From positions 434,001 to 498,000 of the forward strand of contig JAKMXF010000343.1 of assembly GCA_024704765.1 (NCBI GenBank): a DNA stretch of 64,000 nt, written 5' to 3'. This document shows positions 1-13,067 of the stretch, one piece after another. The translations under genes and the position numbers were made by a program. The stretch is from Oopsacas minuta (lineage: Eukaryota > Animalia > Porifera). A model generated the notes under the pieces. That model did no database searches, was not told the origin of the DNA, and saw nothing but the letters and a program-made list of their open reading frames with translations. The first letter of the stretch is position 1, and every line of letters begins with the position of its first letter.

Positions 1-3000
1 TCCAATATATGCAACGAAAACTATAATGTATAATACCATGAAACGAGGAATATCCTTGGAGAACACAGCTTTAACCGTATCAATGTATGCACCTAAAGAT
101 GGGATAATTCGTGTATATTTCAGCAAAGAAATCGTGAAGCCGATGAAAGAAAGTGAAGCAAAAAGCCAAGCAATATTTGCATACTGGAATCTGATGCCGA
201 AATACAAATAAAACGATAATATTCCCAGCAAGTCTGTCGGGCTATCATAAATGTATTGGAGTGTTGCTTGTGGTAAATAGAACATTCTCCTGTTTAGGAT
301 AGGGAAAATCTGTCTGAATTTTTTCACCCACTCCAGCGTGAGGATGAAACAGTTTGTTTGATCCTTCAAATTCTCACCTTTTTCTAATTCATCAAATTTC
401 ATCATTTTGAAAGTTTTAAATTCCTGAAGTGTCAAATTTTTCTGCTTCACTAATCTCAACCAACCATACGCAAACTCAATGAACTCACTCACTGTCAACA
501 AACACACATACACCCATGAGAAAGTTTCACAAGCTAATCGGACATTTGAACCTATTTGAGTTATTTGGAAGGTTTTCAAATCATGATCACATTCATAAGA
601 TGCGATGAAGAGAGCTGCCGAAAGCACTGCTAAAAACACGAAGTAAATAAGGAAAGAAAGTACATACCAGATCCGATAGAAATTGAGTTTCTTCTCAACA
701 GTCTTTTTCACAACAGGATGTTCACGTAGTTCCTTATCATTACAATCAACTAGTTTATGCAATAAAGATGGTAGTAAATGAGAAAAATGTTTGCTGAATG
801 GTGATTCGCCTTTTGCATTGATGTCAAGCATTAGTGCTTTACAATGTACTTCTGTTCCCGATTTAGTTTCCACGCACATACGATTGAAAATAGTTTTCAA
901 AATGTCATATTGTTCATCTTCCAAAAATTCGTGATATATCTTCGCTCCTTCATCAAAATATTCCATGGGTACTCGCTCAATGAATGTCGTTAATACAGAA
1001 TCATGGGATTTCCTTTTGGCAATGCTTATGGGAGTTTCTTCATCTACATTTTCAGCTTTGAGCTGTTTGAATGCTGTTTCTATCTGAGCTTCTCTCAGTA
1101 GAAAATCTGCACATTTATAAGAGTTTTGAATAGCAATAATATGCATTGGAGTATTATTCTCATTATCTTCCCGATCCAAACTAACTTGAAATTCTAATAG
1201 TAACTCCAATATATGTGGATAGTCGTTTCCAAGTGCTATATCTATTGGTGTTTTACAGACGGCGTCTTTTTCATCAGCTCTAGCTCCGTATTCTAGAAGT
1301 ACTTTAAGAATATTTCTGTCATTCTTCTTGGCTGCAAAATGTATTGCTTTTTCTCCAGTACTATCAACTGGTAACTCTGGATCAGCTTTGAAATTTAGAA
1401 GTGCTTTAACGCAATCTCTATAGCCCCCTCTTATTGCATAGTATAACGGTGTGTTACCATCACTGTCTCTTGTATTAGGATCCATTCCATTATCTTTTAT
1501 CAGAAAACTAAATTTTAAGAATGTATAAAACAGTTTCATTGAAATTTGTAACTGGGGATATCTAGCAAAAATCCATCAAAAATCATTGATCATATTTATG
1601 ATAATTATTACGATTACAGGAAAAGTTGTATTTAATTACAATCGGTTACAATTTTATTTTGGAATCTATGAAATATCAGATATCTACTTTTCTATAATAT
1701 ACTGTCAAGTTACCTGATAAGATGTAACTGTCCTCCATTAACAGCTGAATGTAATGCACTAGTTTGCATGTGACGTTCATCCCATAGTGTAGCTTTATGT
1801 TTAATTAGAAGTTTCACTAAATCCTTATGACCTGATTTAGAAGCATTATTTATAGCGGTACATGTTGATTTCTCACTTTTGTAATTAGGATCATTCCCTT
1901 CAGCTAACATATAACATGCTAGGTCTGTGTATCCTCTCTTTGAGGCTAGATTGAGGGGTGTCAATCCCTGATCACTTTCAAAATTAAGGCTAGCCCCTTT
2001 GCTGACAAGAAAAGTAGCTAAATCTACCTTGTTTCTCTCAGTAGCAGAGGATAATAGGATTCCTAGTTGATCATTCTTCTCCTCATCGTCACTGTAGCAA
2101 TTTAGCAAAACCTGGAGAATAAAGTCACATACAATAATATGATCTACTATATGTCTCTTGAAAATTTGCCAAAACCAAGTACGTGTTTATTACTATTAGA
2201 ACAATTGATGGTGGACAAAACTTTTGCTAATTATTTTCTACAAATGAATACACTTTATTAAGACTTATATTTTTGTAATTTACCATATTTACAATGGGTA
2301 ATCTTACCTCAATTGTTTCCTGTTTGGTTGCTAATTCTGTAGGCCTTTTGCCTTTCTTATTCACTGCCGATAGAACATCTTTCAGCTCTTCTACTCGCTG
2401 TACTCCTTTCTCCATTTGGCTTACAATAATCATTTCTAACCCTGTGACGTCATTATTCATGGATGCAATATGTAGTACATTATTTCCATATCTATCTTTA
2501 ATTGAAATATCTGCACTACTGTCGAGTAGAAGTTCCATTATGGAATAATCTTGTTTATTAGTCGATAAATGTAGTGCTGTTTCTTTCGTCTCATTGATAA
2601 GATCCAAGAGTTCACCACCTATGGTGCAACTAAGTTCATCCCTCGAATCTCTGCTTAAACCTCCCCAAGTGAAAGTGCGTTTAACTGGACCTGAGATGAG
2701 ATATAAGTTGAATAGAGTCTCATTGATTATAAATATGTGTATATGTATAAATACAGGCGATTCCGTTTATCAGGCTCATATCATTTAGATTATACAAACA
2801 CGTTCGGTAAATCGGGAAACTTGCTTAATTCATACTTGTCAACTTTCCCAAGATTTTCATATGCAGGATGTAAAGCGAAAAGTTCACAATTCTAGCGAAA
2901 ATAAATGATATTTCTTGCTATTTTCTAATAAAGTACAGGGGAAGATCATAGTATTTAATTTGCGCTTCTAAGGAATTTTGAAAATCCCGGGATCTCGAAA

Positions 3001-5052
3001 TAAATAGGCATGGTAATAGTACTATGTATGTTAATTCTGACAAATATCCTGCGAAAAGTTCTACTCCACTTAAGCGGAATCCATTATAAATCATAAACAC
3101 ATTGTTACGTATAAAATTACCTATGCTAGCTGAAGTAGCCCTTCGTTGTTCAATTGCTTCTGGCACATTTTCTACAATAGCTTGTACTGTTTCTGTATTT
3201 TCTGCATACACGGCTGTGTGTAAAATACTATCTCTTCTCCCCATTTCATCACTTCTCAAATCTAACGGAAACGTTGGATTCGTTGTTTGTAACAGTTTTT
3301 TCATTGTTTCATTATTTCCATACTTTGCACATATGTGTAGCAAGCTCTCATGATCTGTAAGCTTTCTAGAATATTACAAATATCAATAATAATATACGTA
3401 TATTAATCAATTCATATTTTCTACGAATTTCTATGGAATTCTAAATGAAATGACCAATTTTTGGGTATTGAAAATGTGTGATTTATTAATTATTCACATT
3501 ATTCAAAAATATTCTTAAATAATCATTCGTTTGATGTTTTTACAGTGAATTATTAATTAAAACAAGATTCCACCAAATATTCCATTTGGAAATAAATGTA
3601 AATTTGTATATAAAATTTCAGAGTTTTTCTCAAACTTTATTTAAAAATTGGTATAAAATAACTATTTTGAACTCACTTTTTATTGATGGAAAATGGATTA
3701 GAAAGGACTGATTCGAGTATAGTAAACTGAGTAAATGCTTTCTGCATCAATTCAATATCTCCTGCGAGCACAAGATTCCGCATAAATGTATTAATCCTAT
3801 CTTTCTTCCTTTGAACTGGTTTCCAGAAATTATTCGTCAAACGTTGGAATTGATTTTTTTCAACAACATTTGTGAACAATCCTGGTAAATTCACAAATTT
3901 TATCTCTAAATTATTAATTTTCTCTCCAGCAACGATTTGGGGAGCTTCATCGCCCTCACTCGGTATATAAAGGTAAAACTCCCTCTCATCTTTCTTCATA
4001 AATCTGTCCAGCCCGAATCTACCTGTAGCTGAGACAATAGATGCCTTAGGTACTAAATTGTTGTATGGAGGGGTAGTAATGTCTACTAATGAAGAAGTAT
4101 TTCCTTCTTCAGTGGAATCATCTGACTTTAATACTTTGTCATTGTCGTATCCTAGAAATGTATACCATTAAATTTGTATAACTCGGAGAAGACACACCCC
4201 TCGAGAAACAAAAATTAGTAGTACGTACGAATGTCCTATCCGAATATTATTTTCCTTTGAATATTTGCAAAATACTATTTAATCTAACTAGCCAGAATAT
4301 GTGAAATAATCTATAAGTCTATACTTACCCAGATTACTGAACAGGACATTTATGCTTCCAACACCACCTTTAGCTCCATCTGATTCTGAACCTGTAGTAG
4401 TTATTTCTTGAAATTCAAACCATTCAGGTGCTAGATGGGAGAGGGTTAATTAATGAAAACAGAAATAATGAGTTAGGTGGCCGGGCATAAATTATTGGGT
4501 GTTCTCTCTAAGCAATCAGAAGGCACAGTACCATCCACTATGTAGATGATTTATTGGATTACTTTATTCTTTCCAGTTTTCATTATTGTGAAAATTCAAA
4601 TTGGTCATTTCCCTAAAGGTTTTTCAACAGTTTACAATATCAAATATTGGCCTGAGCTGGAGGTATACAAAAATTCGATTGCGTTGTGAGATAGCAAATA
4701 TATTCACAAAATTGCAAAAATTTCAAACGGGTCTGACTGTTACATTTATGTAACCAGAAATTCCACATCGCATAATACAAACAACAAAAGGTTCGAATTA
4801 CGGTGGGACCTTCATAAACCCGATACTCATTGGACATGAAAATTTGTCGGTTTAGCATATTGTCTGGATAATTATGTAGATGAAAATAGTTTGTATGTCG
4901 GAAGCTATTTCAGATCAGAAACACTGTCGAATTATAGAGGTCTCCCGGATTATATAAGTGTCAGTCTATGCAAGTTACAAAGTATATTAATTGAACTTAC
5001 ATTGTTTTGATTTTGGGCTACCGCTATCTTTTGAGAAATTTGACGCTTGCAT
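1..5052 (-). CDS. Ankyrin-repeat TRP channel (TRPA-like), multi-exon, 3' end beyond the left edge
   Basis: Exons joined by GT-AG, approximately 5052-5001, 4430-4330, 4152-3677, 3357-3121, 2690-2300, 2115-1714, 1510-1. Many ankyrin repeats (TALHLS, TPLNLAS, SALHSAV, TPLYYAI, KAIHFAA). The last exon stays open to base 1: HPVVKKTVEKKLNFYRIWYVLSFLIYFVFLAVLSAALF (S1) ... LLKYTRIIPSLGAYIDTVKAVFSKDIPRFMVLY (TRP S4-S5 linker/S5). The ATG at 5052 is a tentative start. Confidence 0.85.
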
Positions 5053-6684
5053 ATCTCTTTCACCAGTTAGCTGTAATATAAAGTTAAGTTAGTTGTTAAA
5101 TTTAAATGAAATTTGTTGTATTTATACTAATCATTGAAAAGTGCTTTCAATATTATTTTCATTAACGGTGTTGCATTACAGGTACTTTGGGAAATTTTTG
5201 AAAAGATGTTAAACTTCACAAATACCAAAAACTGTATGTTCTCTTGGATAATTTTCAATAAAATTTCAATCTTTTTTAGAAAATTTCCAAAAGTTAGCCG
5301 TTATCGCCAAAAACTGAATTTATGCACATTTGACGTCATAGTTGACACCTTTTTATGGTTCTTGGACGTAAAACATTACGGGACATTAATACAGCTAGTA
5401 ATCGTATCAGACGACATTAATCCTTTTAAGCAATGCAAAGAGCAAAAGAACATACAAAGTATCCACCATATAGTGAACAGGATTCAATAGAATTCTCGGG
5501 ATAGAACTCGGAGAGGCCAGCCACAGGATTTGTTTTGAGGGGGCCTGGTGGATTTTAGGGGAGGCACAGTCTCTAAAATCTATTCAGTTTCCCACTATCC
5601 CTTGGTATAATTCTAGAGATAACTTCTGTTATTATAATTGTTTATTTCATTGATGGAATTGATAGCTTAGAATTATGTTGATTTCGAATTAGCAATTTCT
5701 TTAAAGCTACGATCAATCGAGAAGAATATTGCCATTATAAGTGGATCCTACCCATAGTGCAATACCGTTAAGTTATGACATTCTAAATAACAATTATCAT
5801 TACCAGCTCATCATTCTACACAACTTGTACGTATATGATTCTTTCCAATGTTAATGCAATTGAAATAGGGATATATTATCAGAATTATAGCCACGTGTAA
5901 GCATTGCATTATAATAAATATATTTAGGAAATACACACAAGCCGTGTAACATATTCCATTGTCTCCACGAAGTGTAACAGCCCCATTATTTTTATATTGC
6001 AAAAATTTCCCAAAGCGTCACATATGGAGGGGGGAGATCAAATTTTCGGGATCTTCGTGTTACATTACGTTTGAACAAGCGCTAAGAAATGACATTATCA
6101 ATTTACATATCGTTATATAGATATATTTATATCACTTAGTATATTCGTAGCTTTATAACTCTATAGCTCTAGTAATCTTCATTAGATTTGTTAGTTTGAG
6201 AAATAGTGAGTAGTCCCTTAAATCGTACGCTCAATAATCCGAACAAATAATATCTATTTTGCCCAACATCATTATTCGGAATAGCGAGGCCTTGTATTCT
6301 ACATTCGATACTTTGAAGATACAAAGACCACAGAGTTTATTATATATGATATCATACAAGTAAATTTGAAAGATAATTATATGATATTACCATTTCCAGT
6401 TTTCAGTATTTAAACACAAAGGTATAGTATAAAGAATATTTTTAAGAGATGGCTTCTTTTGTGAATATTTCTTTATAACATACGTGCATACTCTTTAATT
6501 TAGTATATCTGGCATAACTCTGGTTTGCACCTTTCACAATCTATTATAGAATATCACAAGTTTAATGTTTGTATTCATAGGTTATTATGTGTTTTTGTGA
6601 CGTGAAAAACTGTACGTGTACGTAGATATCAATGGAAACTAGAAATACGTACACGGGATGAAAGATATCAATTTTAAAGTTGTA

Positions 6685-6842
6685 CAGTGTAATCTCCACA
6701 AATGGGGCTTGTGGAAACGGGGAACTTCTGGAAACAGAGTGAGTTAGGCAAATTCCTAATCCCATGCAAATGAGCCTCCACAAACGGGGAAACGGGTAGC
6801 ATTTTCGGCGTCCCTAGCACCCTGTTTGTGGAGGTTACAGTG
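6685..6842. mobile_element. Short Tc1/pogo-like MITE
   Basis: Imperfect TIRs CAGTGTAATCTCCACAAAT / GTTTGTGGAGGTTACAGTG; TA on the left only; a related element lies at about 18470-18635. Confidence 0.5.
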
Positions 6843-8281
6843 CAGTGTAGGGTTTGTGACGAAAGAAATGTAAAAATCCAATTGACTTACCGGTAGCTAG
6901 CTTCGGGGTTATATTGTACAATGAACTCTCGTACAAAGAAGTGTTCATGACCCCAGCTTTATTCGTTATAAATTGAGTAAAATCTGCTACTTTGAAGGTA
7001 TAGGGAAAAGAATCTTTATTGTAGTACTTGTGTAAGATTCTTGATATAGACTTAACTATTCAAATCTGTAGATAATTAACATGTACATGATAGAACTATC
7101 CGTAATTCGATATTATTACGGGCTTGTGACTTGTTTTGTTGCTAGGCTAGTTGCATAGGAATTAAGCTAGCCTAGCCAAGAATGAAATCAAAAGTCCATA
7201 TCACATATGTTACGATTGTATGGAAAAGTTCATAAGTCGAGTTGTGGTTTACACTGTTGCACTAAGCTATAATCTCATCAAACGCTTATTTGTATTAGGT
7301 CATACAATAACAAATGGATTTGATGTATCCAAATTTCAAAGGTGTAATTGGTAGTAATGAAAAAATATGAGAGGTTTGCTGGTCAGAGCTGATTGTCACG
7401 CTATTTTAAATTTCTTTATTTTAGCTTATCTATAAAATACAAATAATATCCTTTACACCAATTATACAAAGCAAATTATACTTGTGATTAATAAAAACAA
7501 AATTCTATCTGGGAAGTGGTGAGTAATGATTCTAGGAATTTCCTGACGAATCATACAATTTTGTCAGTAGTAATACATCAAAATGCAGATGATTTAATTA
7601 GCTAGTGTATTACCTGGAATATACACTGGAGAAATCTAACACACATATTATCATCCTAGTAATATTTTAGTTTAATTCTGACACAATTTGCCCCCAAATA
7701 TGCCTCAGGTTTGAATGGTTGCCTGTAGTTGCTTAGGAACACTGAACGAATCTCAAATTTCAAATAATATTCGCGGTTTCGTCATGCACTAAAGCCACAG
7801 TTTGGAGGGAAATAGCTACATCACTCATAGCTTGAGTAAAGTTGAGTGTAGGACTCATCTTTCCATCTCAATGGTGCAAACAGCGACAGCTTACTTACCT
7901 TGTAACCAGCTGGGAGTTAATATAATCTAGTTGTATAATGTGAATTTATAATTTGGTTGTAATCTGCTCTAGATGAAATAAGCAATGAATAGGCAATTAG
8001 GTAATCATGTTTGCGAATTTCTTAAACATCATTTCTTTTTAAAATATAGATTAGAGTACAATATTTCTAACTTTAGTGTGATAAATACATTCATTCTTCT
8101 TCAGTTTTGGTGTGTTAATTAATTAGTAATTCAATATACGTAAAACTGCTGTGTATACAAATAATAATGTATGATAAGAGATCTATTATAATTGATGTGG
8201 TAATATATTTTGCAACTGAAAATAGCTTACAGAATATTGTATTAAATATGCCATTCCACATGTGAGAACACCAAATATGTA

Positions 8282-8799
8282 CAGGCAGCCCTTGCCGTTC
8301 GCGGGGGTTACGTTCCTGAGAATTGTTGCGAATGGCAAAATCGCTAATTGCAAGACGTTAGTTCAATGAGAATAGTGGGGTTACGTTCCTAGATTACAAA
8401 ATGACAAACAATAAGCGTTACTATATATGATCGGAATGTATAATTAAGCAATAATTATGAGTTCTAAAAGGTTAATTGTATTCACTGAGTTATAAATATT
8501 ATTTGTGTGAGCATAAGAGGGTAAAACTTGTTTATGTTTAATAAGAGAAGTTTCTGTTTTTACGTGATTAAAATACCACAAAAAAGCTAGATATGTTGAA
8601 TTAGATAAAATTTCCAATCTAAGTGGGCTGTTTATCGAGAAAAAAAACATTTTACCATAGTAATACATACAAAATATAAAAAACTGACATAATTCGTAAC
8701 AAAAACCGCGAATAATCGAGGGAATACATCGCGAACGATAAAACGAGACACAAAATATTTCCACGAATAATCGAAACAGCGAACGGCGAGGGCTGCCTG
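8282..8799. mobile_element. Tc1/mariner-pogo-type MITE, 518 bp
   Basis: TIRs CAGGCAGCCCTTGCCGTTCGC / GCGAACGGCGAGGGCTGCCTG flanked by TA on both sides; partial relatives near 22807-22890 and 49800-49902. Confidence 0.8.
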
Positions 8800-9417
8800 T
8801 AGCTAGACTTTAGTGGATTAACTACAGTGGACGACCTTTGGGAGATGATCAGTGTCTTTATTTACAATTTATTTGGTTGTTGGGGTAGATTTTATTTGTA
8901 CTAGAGATCACAAACCCATAGGGAGGGTATATGATGTATAACACAATTGTTAACCATATTCGTACCAACGATATTCATCTGTAATTGTTGTAAGACCAAT
9001 GCATTCCTACCTCATATGCGTTCTCACTATATTGAGTAGGTTCGATCTAGGTTCCGGTTCCATTCTCTGAGCAGGAACTGTAACCATTTGGAGGCGGTCT
9101 TCTACATCGTTCCAATGTTACAATAAGAAGATTATTAGAGAACTCTCTACAAATTTTTATAACTGATAGCTAATTCAGCATCGCAACAAATTATATACAA
9201 GGAATGTGGGTAGTTATAATTGGAACTAATTTGTATGTTGAAAGCCATTTGACCTAACACATCCGTAATTCTGTGAGACAATAGCCTCGTGGTAGAATTG
9301 AAGGAAATTTGATCTGTTGAAGCATTATATCCCACCATTTTACATCTGAGTAATTAACTAGTCTGGATATAAATACAGTCTGTAAATGAGGCTAATCAGG
9401 AACAGAACAACAAACAA

Positions 9418-10578
9418 ATGGCGAACAGATACATGGAAGAAATTCATATGTAGCTTTCGAAAAAGTGGAACAACTAATCCATTCCACATTCGAGGAGATC
9501 ATTAGAGTAGCGACCAAGAGGAGAGATCAACTGCTTGTCCAGCTGAATGATAAGAAGCAGAACTATTTGAAGAATGAGCAGATAAGGCAGAAACAATTAG
9601 CAAATCTGGAGAAGCTAATCAAACAATTGAATGAGACTAGCATCCAACAAAATACCATCGTGAAAGTCCAAGAGGAACAAGTGAAAAATTTAGAAGAAGA
9701 AAAGAAGAAATACAGAGATCCAACACCTATCCTAATCCCTACCTTCAATACTGAGGGTCTATACTCTCTCCTACAACAACTGGAGAAGTTGGGGTCTATT
9801 CAGGATATTGCTATACCCTATAGAAATGAGATTGGGCCAATAGAAGGATTAGGGAGGATGGCAAAATGAAAGAAGAATTGGATACCCCTCTTGGACTAGC
9901 TCTAGATAGAGAGAAGATCTATATAGCAGATTCAGGTAATAACAGAATACAGATCTTCTCTACAGAGGGTAAGTTCGTTCAAGGATTTGGTAAGGGGCAG
10001 CTATGTTCTCCATACGGTATAGCATTATATAACGAATGGGTGTTTATAAGTGATTGGGGAATTGATTCTATATTTAAAGTCTCTAAAAGAAATTACAAAT
10101 TCATTAAGAGTGTTAAAGGAGGTGTTAGTGTCCCTCGTGGTCTAACAACTGACACAAACGGAGAAGTGTTAGTTGCAGATTCTTTTAATAATAGAATTGC
10201 AGTATTCAGCGGTGATTTAAAATATATCATAGAAATAGGAAAAGACAAACTTATAAACCCCTGTGACGTCAAAATAAATAATAATTTGATATTTGTAGCA
10301 GACAAAAATGAGATTAATAATATACACAAATTCTCTAAATCAGGTGATTTGTTGCAAAGTTTCATAAAATTAGATGATGGAAGAGACTGTATTTTTATGT
10401 GTTTCGATTTGTATAATAATATTCTAATTAGTGATTGTTGGGGGAGTTGAATTCAGCTAGTTACTAAAGATGGACAGCTAATACACAAATTCAAGTTGTT
10501 GTTCCTACAGGAATAGTTGTTAATAATAACTCTAATATTATTTGTGGTAGTTCTGTTTCCGTGTTTGTATATTCTTAA
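9418..10578 (+). pseudogene. Coiled-coil + NHL-repeat gene, frameshifted
   Basis: ATG 9418 is out of frame with the coiled-coil ORF 9465-9869, which is out of frame with the NHL ORF 9866-10450 (PLGLALDREKIYIADSGNNRIQIF, PRGLTTDTNGEVLVADSFNNRIAVF); a further frame break precedes the stop at 10578. Confidence 0.8.
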
Positions 10579-10789
10579 GTTATTATATTCACATTTTTAT
10601 TAATATGTTTATGTTTGTTCGTTATCAAGGAACAGATTTATTGAATGCTATTTCATACTTACCAATCACATGTAACTGTTTCCCTGGATTTCAATTGTAT
10701 AAACAAGAACTGTAATATGAATTATCCATCTTTTAAGAGCTAAATAGCCATAAATATCCAATATTTCCCTAAGTTTAGTTACTTTTCCC

Positions 10790-11417
10790 CATGGATCATC
10801 TAAGGATTCCTGAATGGTTGGTAAGTAAGTTATTTTGAATTAGAATTTCTCAATTCTGGGATGTCGCATAACTATACTTTTATCGTGTTTACCAAGAAAG
10901 TAAACATATTTAGTTCTATAAACTTGACTAAATATATCGAATATGTTGAAGATAGAGACAATAAAAGAATACAGATCTTCTCTAAAGAAAGTATGTTAAT
11001 TCAAGAATTTGGTAAGTGGCATCTAGATAATCCGTACGATATTGGATTATATAACGAATGGGTGTTTGTAAGTGATCGGAGACTAGATGCTCTACTTAAA
11101 TTCTCTAAAACAAAATTACAAACTACTTAAGAGTGTTTATTAAGGGAGTTTGTTTCCCTGATGGTATAACTACAGACACAAACGGAGAAGTGTTAATTGC
11201 AGATACATTTATAAATAATATAGAATATATTGGAGAAATAGGAAAAGACAAACTAATATTCCCGTGTAACATCAAGATAAATAATAATAAGATATTAGTA
11301 ACAGACAACAATAAGATTAATAATATACGCATATTCTCTAAATCAGGTGACTTGTTGGAAATTTTCATAAACGATGCATACTGCAAATATTCTGACAAAT
11401 GCAACTGGTTTGTCTGA
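10790..11417 (+). pseudogene. Degenerate tandem partial copy of the NHL gene
   Basis: DRDNKRIQIFSKE...LYNEWVFVSD and TTDTNGEVLIAD...EIGKDKLIFPCNIKINNN closely parallel 9866-10450, with frameshifts and deletions. Confidence 0.75.
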
Positions 11418-12059
11418 CGAATGCATGCGTCTCAAAAATAGTCGTCAATCTTTCCTTAATTAAGTTCTTTTCAGGGAAAATAAAAATCTCTGTAAAATTG
11501 AATATACATATTTATCCCAGTTATACAACACAAAATAGTTATTCTATAGAATCTATTACAGATTTTTAGATGGCTAAAGCGTAGAATGCTATGGCTAAAC
11601 ATTAAAGATTTTTGTTCGCTCGTTTATGAATTATTAGACCAAGAATATTCAGTGGTGAATATTAAAGCAATTATTATGTGGATATTCATTACAGTGAAAA
11701 TTAATTCCAAGAGTTTGATGTGGGAGGCAAATCGGACAAAATTGGCCTGGCCTAGATTTCTTTTAGAAAGTCGAGTGAATTCATCAAAAATATATATGAA
11801 GAACTCCAAATCATGGAAAGAGATACTGGCAAGGTAACGCCAAGTTCGTTAGCTAATTCGATAAAATGCCATGCCAGTAACGCAACAGATACACCAGCAA
11901 CAACCAAGGGGTGTCAAAATGTTCGTCAACGAGGCGAACCATACTGGACGCAAGAGTTCAAATCCTCGCGTCAAATAGTGGAGATAAATGACAGCACAAA
12001 TTGGTCCAGACCACTTTTGGCTGGCTAAAACTGGCCGGGGAATCATTTTTGGTGTGACT

Positions 12060-12330
12060 GTTTTATCTTAGACTTTCATGGTAGTATTTTGTCGAATTCT
12101 TGTCTCCATTAGTGGTTTGATCAGCTTCTCCAGATCTTCTACTTGTTTTTGTCTGGTATTTTTCCTTATTTGGATAATCCTCCTTCATGTCAAACAGCTG
12201 GACATGTACGTCATCTCTCCTCGCTCTCCCAATAATCTCCGTAAAAGTTGAATGGATCAGCTGTTCCGGTTGTTCAAAGTGTTTATTGGAATTTCTTCTG
12301 CGTATTTGCTCGACTTTAATTTGTTTGTTG
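12060..12330 (-). pseudogene. Relic of the NHL-family coiled-coil N-terminus
   Basis: EQLIHSTFTEIIGRARRD..VQLFDMK and, after a frameshift, RQKQVEDLEKLIKPLMETRIRQNTTMKV match EQLIHSTFEEIIRVATKRRDQLLVQL...RQKQLANLEKLIKQLNETSIQQNTIVKV at 9465. Confidence 0.65.
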
Positions 12331-13067
12331 TCTTGATGTTTATGATGAGTCTCATTTACAGAATATTCGTGTCTTTGCTACAATCTTCTTGAGAAGATTG
12401 TAGCAAAGAAGAATATTCATATTTCTCTATACCAGCTGTGTAGTTGGATGTGAATTCTGAGAGAACTTTTCAAGTATAGTCAATATTCACCTTTGTTCTG
12501 TTAGAAGAGTATTTGTGTGTTTATATATATATGTATATTGTTTGTACTCAGAAATTTTGTTTCGAAATGATTTCCTAAATACAAATATTGTAATAACAAA
12601 TGAATGCTATGATTACAAGTACGACCTAACAATACGTCCCCTACCTGAATATTTGATCCATCTCTGCTGTAACTAACTTTGGATCCAAATAATTGACAGA
12701 AAGATGGTCTCTGGAAAATTCGTCTTCGTCCTAGGTCATTTTAGATTTTGAGGATGGTTTAGTGGTTATTCCTACTCGTATGTTTCCCCGACGAATCTTC
12801 CAGCGACCATTTTCATACCCACTAACCCGGAGATCACTCGTAATAATTTCCCGAAATTTCGACAAGTTCCCTGGATATCTAAGATTTACATCCATAAATA
12901 GCAACTTCAGATTATAATTTGGGAAAAAGGCACATGAATTTGCGAATTTTCCCTGGAGCTGGATTTGTTGTTATAATCCCGGGAGAGTTAGCAAGTTTAC
13001 ATTTTTCCCCGGGACCGAGTTTTTGTCATTACTTTTACGCTCTAATTATCTGTATAGTTATTTTTAG

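Noticed and set aside
26-211. 61-aa plus-strand ORF
   Set aside because: It is the antisense shadow of the TRPA-like transmembrane exon, which is open on the minus strand through base 1.
6890-8010. Exon-like minus-strand stretches with GTAAG donors (e.g. KSISRILHKYYNKDSFPYTFKVADF)
   Set aside because: Stops in all frames near the candidate acceptors and no recognisable family; at most a decayed gene.
11560-12050. GC-richer coding-like segment and GGTCCAGACCACTTTTGGC motif
   Set aside because: Broken frames with no identifiable domain; probably a TE remnant.
12400-12560. Possible C2H2 zinc-finger remnant on the minus strand (KSSLRIHIQLHS..GIEKYE)
   Set aside because: The Cys pairs are missing and the frames are broken.
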